A stretch of 64,000 nucleotides of DNA from a virus. Positions 21,801 to 33,800 of the stretch are shown in pieces. The notes below the pieces were generated by a model. It worked only from the letters and a program-made list of their open reading frames with translations. It made no database searches and was not told the DNA's origin. The DNA is taken from the IMG/VR virus record IMGVR_UViG_3300004369_000001, positions 1-64,000 of that record; one strand, given 5' to 3'. How positions within the stretch are numbered: the first letter of the stretch is position 1; each line of letters opens with the position of its first letter. The position numbers and the translations under genes were made by a program.

Positions 21801-24800
21801 AGCAGTAGTGGTCTGCACAACAGTTACCCCGTTTTGAGACAGAGTGATGTTGTTGCCACTATTACCAACTGTCAGATCACAACCCAGCGTATCCACAGCA
21901 TCGAGACTATTATCAAACAAAGTCTGGGTGCCATTAAAGTTGTCGAAACGGAATCTACCTTCAAAGGTGAATGATCCATTTTCAAATCCAAAGTCATATG
22001 TGCGAGTTGCTTCTCTGATGTAAGAAGATCCACCAACAACAAACTCATAGCTTGATGTGTTATTGAGGATCGTGCTGTCATATACGATGTTACTCAGATT
22101 GACAGAGTTGACCTCAAGCGTGCTGTTTGTAATGTATTCGCCAATCTGGAAAGTCCCAGTAACGTTGCCTGTATAGATCCACTTCAGACCAGAGTTTGCA
22201 CCTTTAATGATTGCACTTGCACCAGAAGTCATGCCCTTGAGCACTTCATCAGCGAAGAAGAGATTGTTGCCACCATCTGCATTTTTGTATGCAAACTTAG
22301 TGACGCGAATAACTTCACCAGTCTGATAACCACCGTCGGTGATGATGTATTCGGTGGGAGCAGTGCGAGTAGCGTGCGACATGTTGCCGTTGGCATACGA
22401 CAACGTATAGACACTCAGGAGACTCTGGAAGAGCGATGTTTGAGTGTTGCAGGGGGTGAGTGACTGATCGGGTGTAATTGTGGTATTAAAGAATTGCTTT
22501 TTACCATGGACACCAGTAATAGACACTCTCGGGTAGAAGTAATCTCCCTCATCGTGGGTGAAGTGCAGATGCTGCAGAATGACCTGGGATCCATTACCAA
22601 ATCCAACGGTCCCATCAACTGTTAGAGTGATTGTGCCATTTACCTCGTCATAAGTAGCACTCATGACGTTATGAGTTGTGGTTGCAGTGCTAACTTTACC
22701 AGATCCAACGTAGGTGAAGGAATCTCCAGGTTGGAGGGTCACAATCGGAGCAGCAACCGTAAATGTGTTGCCAGTCAGATTGGAAACTGCATGGGAGGTG
22801 GCAGAGTTTCTAATGACATCTTGTGCAATAGTAGATACTTCTGCATAAATGTCGGTAACTTGCTGTGCTATTGCTGTGGAGTTATCATACGCGATGGAAT
22901 ATGTGCCAGAGTCATAGACTCTGCTGTTTCCACCATATTTCATGTCGTAAGCAATTGCTTCGATAACATCTTTAATGTCGTCGATACAATCGGAATCATT
23001 GCCAGGAGAAACTGTAAATCCAGGATTCGCAGCCTTATAGACAAACAGTGCTTCAGCAGCAATCATCTCTTTGTTTCTGAGCAGCAGGTCTGCAGCGTCA
23101 ATGTATTCGCCGTTGTGAGCACCGCCGTAAGCAGCAACTGGATCTGCATAGAGACCAACAATCTTAGGACCACCAAGACCCTCGGAGGTGTAAGAGATTG
23201 CACCTGTCAGGTTGTGGGTATTCTCAGCAGACAGGGAGGTTGTGACAATATTTGCCAACTCTCTGACGGTTTGCTGGATATCCAAGCAATTGGTTAGACT
23301 CTGATTATTGCCATTTGCATAGTTGGTGTCATATGTATAACCAGGAGCAGCGCCACCATAAGTTGTGGGATCGTAGAGGACTTCAAGATCCTTAACAAAC
23401 ATAAGGTTATTCATGGCGTAATACATCATATCCCTTGCCTTATTCAGGGCAGTGATGGATTCGGGGACTTCGCCATACAAACCATTCAGCAGATACTCAC
23501 CAGTCTCATCGAAGTAGTTTTCTGCAAAGAATTGGGAGTTGAATTCGCCATTAGATCCAACGTCATTGGCGATAGCATCGACAAAGTAACCGATGTCACG
23601 TCTGCACTTATCTTGGTTGATTGTGAAGGAAGGATTAGATGCTTCTGGAGCATCGTTGAGGTTTCCAGCAGTAAGAGATTCATCCTGCCATGTCCAAATG
23701 GTAGTAACTGCTGCCCTTACATCACTACAAGACTCTGGGTCGTTGTTGGATGTATTGCTGCCAGGAGTGCCATAAGGATCACCAGGAGACTGGTCTGCAG
23801 TCAGAGATTCGTCAACATAACCTATTGCTTGATCTGCGCTGTTGACTGCTGTCCAGAGACCACCATAGTTATTTGTGATCGAGGCATCGACATACTCTTT
23901 TGCTTTACCGAGCATGTAGATCAACTCAGCAGTAACGCGATCGTAGCTGATGGCATTATTGGAGAAATACTCGTTGATCCACTTCAGGGCATACTGGTTA
24001 CCGCCAGAGTGTAGGTCAAGAGCCATGCACTCTGTCCAAAGTCTGATGTCTGCAAGATATCCATCCTTGTCACCTGCAAGCGTGCCAGGATACTGAGTCT
24101 TCATGTCATCATATGCATTCAAGACAATCTTGTCGAGATTCTTGAAGATGATACGAGTTGCGTCCTTGTATCTGGAAAGTGGATTTGTCTGGACATCGCC
24201 AGGATAGTAGAAGTCAGGATGGATAACAGCAATCCATCTTTCAGCTCTATCCACAATCTCATCTTTGTTGAGACGGATCAGACGAGCAGCATCAAATGCT
24301 CTTGGAGTAGCATTTGTCCTAACGTTGCTGTAGAAGAGGGATCTATTTCTGAGCTCATCTCCCTTAGCAAATACACCACCCTGCAGATTCTCATACTCAA
24401 TTTCAGTGCTTCTGATTTGCTCGAAGTCGAGGAAGTCTTCGTTGATTCTGGTCTCAGGATTATAAATCTCAACAGGAGTGATGCTAGACTGCGAGATATC
24501 ATCGAGGATGATATTCGGGTTTTGAATTGCAACAAGTCTCTCATAGATGAGACCGAAGAAAGTAGATCCAGCGTTGATGATCAGTGTGTCAACAGGTTGA
24601 CCATTATTGGGGTCGAGATAGGGACTGATAAAGATGATCTGGGAAACAATCTTACTTGTCGCTGAGTAGATATACTCATTGAGTTTTAGATCGAAGATGC
24701 CAGTTTCATACTTTGCTGTGCCTGATGTTTTGCTAACAAGCAGTGTGTCAGTGAGGTCTCCGTCTTCATCAATATTTGTAGACTCAACAATAGCAGTATC

Positions 24801-27800
24801 TCCTTCAAAGTTAGTGATAGACTCACCAAACTTGTAGATACCTTCGGTATTCAGTAACACTACACTATCGACAATTGCGCTAAAGAGTGTAGTCCTCTTG
24901 ATCAACTCACTGATTTGGAAAGGACCATCAGTGATATTGATCACATCCAAATGGAATGTGCCAGAGTCAACAACAGTTGCATATGCCGCAGAGAAGTCGC
25001 CTCTAACTTGCTGACCAATTGTCGGGAAGATACCCTGGGGATTGACAAGATTGATTCTATAGACAGGGACAGTGGCAACTCGGATTGTGCGATATCTAAC
25101 TTGAGATGCTGCCTTAGGCGGCTCATCGAAAACGATCTGCCCGCCAACCACAGTGTATGCAATTTCAGGAGATTGAATCACACCATTGAGGGTGATCATC
25201 AACTGATTATCATTAACGATTACCTGCTCGCCTTCCACTGTAATTGGGAATGCTTTTGCCACACCATCAAAGTCGCCAGAGATATCGTCGATCTTCTTGA
25301 CAATAGATGTCAAAATTTCCTCAGAAGATGTCAGTCTTCTATTTCTAAACAAGACTTCAGTATTGTTGTAGTCCGTATAGACTGGCTCAGCAGCACCAAA
25401 TGAGGTGATCTGGTTAACGTTGGAATATTCGTTGATATTGACTTGCTTAATAAACTCAGTGCCAACACGACGACCAGAAACGTCCTTACCACCAGTCAGC
25501 TGCAACTGACCAAACATCTTAAATCCAGCAGGGTGGTTGTTATCCAGCATCTGCTTCTTCCACTTGGTAATGGGAATTTCAGAGCTGATAACGTAGGAGA
25601 AGTTTTGATAGAAGAAGGAGTCTTGAATCTTCTGGATGATTTCTGACGGCTTACCCACATCATCGATGAATCGACCAGGAGTCTGAGTCAGGGAGTCGAT
25701 ATTCAAGACACCTTTTGCGATGCTCAGGTTGTCAATAATACCAGATGCCTTAGACACCTCACCAGTAACCTTTTCGCCAACAACAAAGTTTCCTTGATAG
25801 TTGACAATCTTGAGAATCTTAGGACCAGACTGCCAACCCGTATTCGTGGAAACATAACCAGTTGCAGATGCCAACTCTGGGGAAGATCCTTGGTAGATCT
25901 TTTCACCAGACAGGAATCTGGAGGTTGCCACCACTGCTTCCGCTCTACCACCAAACACCTCAGTGAGAAGTGTTTGACGACCTTCGCCTTGGGTCAGGAA
26001 AGTGATAAAGTCACCAGCACCAGCGGATTCTGGGGTCAGTGCAAATCTCAGTTGATCAGAATCAAGACCATCAGCGATTGCATAGTAAATCTGACCCTCA
26101 ACCAACTGAGTCAAACCAACGCTGCTCGGTTTGGGAAGGATGCCAACGGTGTTGCCAACGTCATCTGCACGCAACTGGACTTCTGCACCAGTTGTAATGC
26201 CGTGGGGGAAGTTAAACTGCAGATAGTTGAGGTCCAGGTTAACGACGTAGTTAAACTCAGACTTCAGGGTGACAACAGGCTCGGATGAGTATCCAGCACC
26301 AGGATTCTTGATCTGAATCTCATTCAGACGGTTATTCCTAACAATAGCAACTGCTTCAGCACCTGTGCCACCGCCACCGCTAATAACAACGGCAGGAGGA
26401 GAGGTGTAACCACTACCAGGATCGGTAATCTTGATCTCTGTGAGAATAGAAGTATTGAAGAGTTGCAGGTTAACTGGGAAGGAGATTTCGGGACGGAGAG
26501 TGTAGTCGTGGGAATAACCGAAACCAAATTCATTATTCTTCAGTCTCTTGATCTTACCGATATTTCTACCAGTCAAGAAGACAGATGCACCACTACCTTC
26601 TTGAGGAATGACCACATTCAGTGCAGCACCAGATCCAGCGAGAGTGGGTCCGAGAATGCCAGGGATACCATCAACATCGATAGAAGCAGTGGTATATCCT
26701 TTACCAGGATCCGAAACGGACGTTGCCGAGATTGCACCAGATCCAGTTTCATCGTCAAGAGTGACTGTGATTGTTGCAAGACCACCTTCACCATCACCAC
26801 TGATGGGCACTTGATAGTAAACGCCAGGCTGATATTCCGTGCCGCCATCAATGATTTCGATTCTTTCAATCTGACGGTATGAAGCAATGTCAGCAACTAC
26901 AGGGAGTTTCTGATAGAATCCACCAGGAGACACAAGTTTGATTGTGTTGATGGGACCAATTGCCTTAACTGAGGTCGTGGAATAGAAGCTATATGGATTG
27001 CCAAATTGATCGTCCTGAATCTCTGCCTGAGTTGTCTCTGGCTCGGTTTCCAGTGGGAATTTGAATTCTGTTTGACTGGTAACCTGCGAAATCTTAAATG
27101 TGCCATCAAAAGGTGTCTTGATGACATCAACGAAAGAGTTGGCACCAACAGGAGAGTTTACTCCAACTCTAGAAGGATCGAAGTAATAAGAAATGTTAGT
27201 AACGTTACCGATAGCGGAGAATTTCACATAAGGAGAGATCGAAACTCCTGCTACACCAGGGGTGCCAACTCTAATGATGTTGTTGAAGGAGTATTCCAGT
27301 TTATACTGGTTGTCCTGTGCAAATGACAGGTAATAACCAAAGTTAGACCCATCACTAACATCGAAAATATATTGGTGATTTCTGATAAACACCAGGGTTG
27401 GGTGCTTAGCATAGATTCTCACGTTGCCGATAGATCCATTACTGAATTCGGGCTCACCCGTTGCAGTCCCTCTAATCTTGAAGATAAACTCTCTAGACCC
27501 AAAGATTTCTTGGACAAAGAAAGATCCATTGAATTCATCAGCAGTGAATCCTTCTGTAAACAACACTTCATTCACAACATAGTTGTGAGGAGTGACAGAG
27601 GTTGCATAAATTAGATCGGTGAGAGCATTGGCAGTCCTCTTAATGTCCTTCTTAAGTGTGCAAGTCACTTCGACTTTTTTAACCGAAGGTAGACCACTAA
27701 TAGTGAGGATTTTCTCCTTATCCAGACCCTGATCATCCACAGTGACATTTGCAGAGCTCAGAGCAATCACATCACCAGGAATATATGCAGAGGAGGGTTG

Positions 27801-30800
27801 AGTTTCAATGATCTTGACTTGATAGTTTGCTCCAGCATCAAATCCAAGGAATCTCGCATAGTCAGACAATGCAGACTCAGTGGAAACCCAAGTCCAGGTA
27901 ACACCACCATCGCTAGCATCTCCAGAAAGATGCACTGGAGCAGTTGTGCCAGATGTGCCAGCAACTGAAGCCTGATAGATATTTCTCTTCCAGAAAACTT
28001 TATACCCAACAGGATATAGGACATGGGAATCCCATCTCTCCATATCTTGACCAAGATACTGAGGTCTAGGATATGGCTCTTCTTGGATATCGATAACAAA
28101 CTCACCAGCAGTCCTAATAAACACCCAAGTGATAGATCCATCACTTGTAGCACCTGTGGTGTGTGTTGGTGGATTTACACCAGATGTGCCACCTGCTTGT
28201 GCCTCATAGATTCTCTGAGCATAATAAACTCTATCTCCAGTTGCGTATGCAGTTGCAGTTTGCCAGAGGTTTTCATCTTCAATACCAACAAACTTACCAG
28301 AAAGAGTGTTGATATCTTGAGGGTTATCAGATTGGAGAAGATCAGTATCATTAAATGTGCCGAAGATCTTACCAACTCTATAGGTGTTACCTAGACCAGG
28401 ATCATTGAAAGTGCCCTCGGGGACATCAACAATGGTGCCATACGCTTGGACAACACCGCTGTCATTAACCTGTTGCAGGAGTGCTCCCTTGGTAAATTTG
28501 GCGTTTTGATTGATTGTAAATTCGTAGATGTTATCAATCTTGCTGTAGTTTGCATCCTTGATATAGAATTTGGGAATCACATTAGGAGTGACAAACATCT
28601 TCTTGCCATTCTTAACGGGAATGGTAGAAGACTTGGACCCTAGGGTCTGCTTAGTATTTGTCCAGACATATGTCTGAATGGTTGTGTAGAGTGACGGTGC
28701 ATCAGAGAAGTCGAGCAGTTGCAAACCACCAGCACCAAGATCCCACTGATCGATTGCAGGTTGTGATGTAACCGTAGTCCAAGTTGCAGCAGTAAACTCA
28801 GATATTGTTAGATTAGTGTGGTTTGTTGCTTCTGTCAGAGTATATACATTTCTTACAGAGGCATGTGATCTGTCGATCTTAACAGCAACAATGTCGCTCT
28901 CAATAGAAGTTACAGTAAACTGAGTTGTTGGCAGGACAAAACTAGCGCCATCGGGGAATTCTGCCTTGCTAGAGATAACCACATCATCAATATTACCGAT
29001 AAAGCACAGAGAAGAAGTTTGTGTAGCATCGCCACCGATACCAACGTCTCCCATGTTTACATCGATCAGAGACTGATATGTTAGCTGTGGGTTGCCATTT
29101 ACAAATACAGTGAAGTCCCAAACGCCAACAGCAACGTTTTCCTTGACAAGTGCAATATGGACCCATGCATTAGATCCGAATGCAGTGTAGTTTGTAGTTG
29201 AGGTGGAAACAGAGACCTGAGCACCATTGATGCTCAACTCCATCTTGCCTTCATCAGCATCTCCATTGATTCCATTAACTCTCAGTTGAGCGCCAGAAGT
29301 CCCATCGATTTCCAGGACATCAAAGAAAATAGGAGTTGTGTTTAGAGCAGCATACTGCCCTGTAGACATGTTAAACCAACCAGCAACCGTCCAGTTGAGG
29401 CTGCTGCTATCAATGCCTTCGTAGAATGCTCTGTTGGGAGCATCCAATTTCAGAGATCCAGTGCCAAATCTATAGATTGAAGTGTCAATGTCGGCATTGC
29501 CAGGAAGTGCAGTGCTGTATGTGCCAATATTTCTCTTAGTTGTATCGTAACCCTCATCATTCTCATCATCAAATCTGAAGACTGCAAATTGCTCTGGCAC
29601 CAGTCTTTCGTTAATGACGATGATGTCACCAGAGTTGTCAACGACAGAAGTTTTGTTTCTAGATCCAATCTGATCAGTATTCTCAATTATCGATTGCTGT
29701 TGTAGGGTGCCATCAAACTTCAAGGAGTGGATGGTTGTTACCTTTCTATCTTCTGCATAGTCCAAAGCAGTTGTGATGACAATATTGCCAAACACATCAA
29801 CATGCAACCCAGTGACATTGATTGACTGGAAGTCTCCCTGAGGAGTCATTGTTTTGATGAATTTCCAAGGAGAAGTTTCTTGGACCTGACTCAGAGTAAA
29901 CCTACCAAACTGGATCTTCTCAAACTTACCAGAAGCATTGTTGTAGACATCCCAGATGATGAATACGTCACCATACTCATCGATATCAAACTTAGGATTC
30001 CTTACATATCCACCACCAATCGGAGGAATTTGTTTGACGTAATCCACTTCGATGTTTGCGCCATCGAAGAAGAATTCGCCATAGATTAGGTTATCTTCGT
30101 CGAAGTTGACACCAGTAAAGAAGAAGCGATCATTTGCGATCCACTTAATCTGTGTAATTGTCTCATCGCCACCAGGAGAGGCAATCTTACGCTTCTCTCT
30201 GATGTCTCCATCATTGTTAGATTGAATCACCCAAATATCATTTGGATCCAGTGCCTGAGTGTCTGTGTGTCCAACCAAGTAGATCGACTTGTTTTGATCT
30301 AGATAAATGTCTTGGACATAATCACGTCTTGTGGCACCAGAGATACCTGCAATGGATTTCTGCCACTGTAGAGTGCCTGTGGGGGCATTCTGAGCGTCTC
30401 TTTCGGAGATGTACTTACCAAACCACACATCTGGGTTATATGCTGTAGATACAGGATCATATGTTTGGCCTGCAACATAAATGGCATCGTTTTCTTCTGT
30501 GTCATCAACATACAGAGCAACGAATTCCATTCTCTTGTCGCCAGCATTATTTGGCAGCAGAGTCCTAACCCAAAGGACATCACCGTTGGCATCAAACTTA
30601 GCAAGAATGCCAAGCATATCGTCATCGGCAGTCTCTTCGAGAGATCCACAAATGTAATACTCTCTTCTAGAGGTCATCAATGAGTCATGGATCTGCAGAG
30701 TGCCACCATCATTGATATACTCAGACAACCAATATCTCGTCTTAGTGAAAGATTGAGGATGACTTACGCGAATCTGAGGAGGATTGTTGATATCAAAACC

Positions 30801-33800
30801 GTTACCAGAGTTGATGATATTAAAAGATCCAGCAACACCAGCAGAGTCAAGATTGATTTCAAATTCAGCGTCTTTACCAGTGTCACTGATCAACTCATAG
30901 GTTGGGGGAATTAACTGGGTGTAACCAGTGCCTTCCTGATCAACTGTGACCGACTCAATGCCAGACACAACTTTAACTTTGAAAGTTTTGTTGGTGTTTG
31001 AGATGATTGGCTCGGAGTTGACAATGATTTCATCGCCAGTAATCAAGTCATGATTCTCGGATGTGGTAATGACACCATAAGGTCTGTCACCAATAATTTC
31101 TTTGGTGTATGAGGTGATTGCAACACCTTTAATCGAATCAATAATACCAGATGCACCGAAACCTCCAGTGCCAGTATTATCAAAGAAGATGGTATCATTA
31201 ACCTGATAAGATTCACCAGGGTTTTCGATAACGAAACCATCAATCTGAGCAGTCTCGAATTGAGTAACTGTCTCAATGTCAATATCAACTTTAGATTGTG
31301 CGGAGACTTTCGGGAAGTAGTCATAAATCTGAAGAGTTGCCTCTTCTGTCATTTCTAGGACTTCCTGTTGCTCTAGAGCATCAATGATGCCATCCTCGTT
31401 ACTATCTTGGGTTTCAAAGATGATAGGATATCCTTCAATCTCAGTAGTGAGCACATCCGACTCTTGGTTGGGTTGACGCTCAACGTCAATATCCACCTCA
31501 ACGAAAGGCACACGATATCTAACAACATCCTTAGGAATATTTTCCTGAGTTGCACCCTGCCTCAAATTCCACTCATCGGGAAGGGAGTTGAATGCAGGTC
31601 CGAGGATGTATGGGAATTGTGGCACACCAGCATCCGAAGAATCAATAGTCACAAAGTATGCATAAGTGCCATCGGGATAATCTGGTGTCTTACAGAAACG
31701 ACCGTTATACTGGTCAAGGTCACCAGACTGGAAGATATATTCATAGTCAGGCACAAAGGATCCTGCAGGATACTCTGCAAGCAGAGGACCATCAATACGC
31801 TGAGGATTTGGATTTGTCAATGCATCAAAAACAATCTCATCTTTCAGTGTGTATGATGTGCGAAGTCTTCTGATGCCACTATTTTGATCAGTGGGATCTG
31901 CATATCCATAAGGACCATAGATGGGGTTGCCGTCATATGCCCAACCAAGAATAGGAGAGTGATCGTAGTTGGTTTCTAATTCTTGGAATCTATTTGTTTC
32001 TTGATTTAGGAATACGTTGTCACCAACCACATAACGCAATTCTTTTGGATCTGACAGGTGAGCATATTCACCACCATATTGGTTGTTGAGACCAGTGAAG
32101 GCATAACCTCTTGCATTGTCATACTTAGACTCTAATTCATATTCAAAGTTTTTATTCCAAGCAAACACATTTGCCTCAAAGGTGGCAAATTCACCAACCG
32201 CTTCGAGTCTTACTGTGGTATTACCCTGGGTATAATTGATACCTCTGTTGATAATTTCAATACCAATAACCTTACCAGCATCTTCACCAACGGTTGCAAT
32301 AGATGCTTTTGCAATTGCACCAAAACCATCACCATTGATAATGACCCTGGGGGCAGTTGTGTAGCGTCTACCAGAGTTAATTGTGGCAATAGACACAATA
32401 CGACCATTTAGGACGATTGGTTGTGCCAAAGCACCTTCACCCGAGGTTACAGTGACTTGGGGTAGGGATGTATAACCAGATCCAGGATTCAACAGAGTGA
32501 CACTCTGAATTGGACCGCGAATATTTGCAATAGCAGTAGCACCAGCGCCACCACCACCAGTGATTGTGATACTTGGTTGTGAAGTAAATCCACTACCAGC
32601 AGATGCCACCAGGATTCTGGTGATTACTCCATTGGTAACCACAGCGGTGCCAGATGCACCTGTGCCACCGCCACCAACAATAGAAATCAGTGGCGAGGAT
32701 GTGTAACCACTACCACCATTTGTGACTTCAAAGGATTCAACGCTACCGTTAACGGTAACAGATGCAGACGCGCCAGCTCCACCACCACCTTCAATCAAAA
32801 CCACTGGGGGAGCACCAGCATCATAGTTTTGACCAGGATTCAAAACATTGATCCCTGTAAGAGGACCATAGAGAATCGCTTCGGCAGATTTATATGTCCA
32901 GATAGAGACACCATTAACCCATGCACCGATAGCACTATTCGGTTTGATCTGTTCTCTCTCCGAGACGGTATTTACCACTCTCGGAATTCTGATCATCTTT
33001 CTCTGGTTACCAGGAATCAGAGCAGATCCAGTGAAGGGTCCAATCTTATAGTTTGGCAGACCAGATGCTGCCACATACACATAGTTATTATTGAAGAAAC
33101 TATTCTGAATATTAGTAGTAAATTCAGTAACAACTTTGTTGATAGATTCTTCTGTAGACTTACCTCTGTTGAGGTCAACAGAAAGAAGGATATTACCAAC
33201 GGGGACAATGGTGCTCGGGGTGTCAATTCTATACGAGAAAGTATAGTCATCAATACGAGAAGACACCAGGAATGTGCCGTTATAGATCACAGGGTTTGCA
33301 CCGTAAATTGTAACGGTATCTTCAACCAACAAACCGTGTGGTTGCTCAGTTGTCACTGTAGCAATCTGCAGAAGACCGCCAGGTTCGATGTTAGCAACCT
33401 GAATCAGTTTCTTGACATTATATAACCAAGATTCCAGTCTTTGCTCACCAGGAGAATCGGATCCCAAGGCAGCAACGTTAAGTTTATCGCCAGGCAGGTA
33501 ATAGGACCCAGTATCATCCAGAATTGTGCCTGCCGCTTCGGCAATACCAAGGACACGCATCTTGACCTGATTGGTCTGACCGAAGTTGGCATAGATGAAG
33601 ATATTTGAGCTAATTTTGGACCCAGGATCCCAATCCTCTACAACACCATTCTTACTTCTGGTGCATTCGATGAATTGGTTAAGAGACTTCTCTTTATACT
33701 GAATCTCCTCATTTTCTTCAATAAAGAAGGTGCCGTTTCTCTCTGGCCATCCAATAGTCGAGTCAACGGTGATAATCTGATCAGTTGTAGTCAGGGGCTC

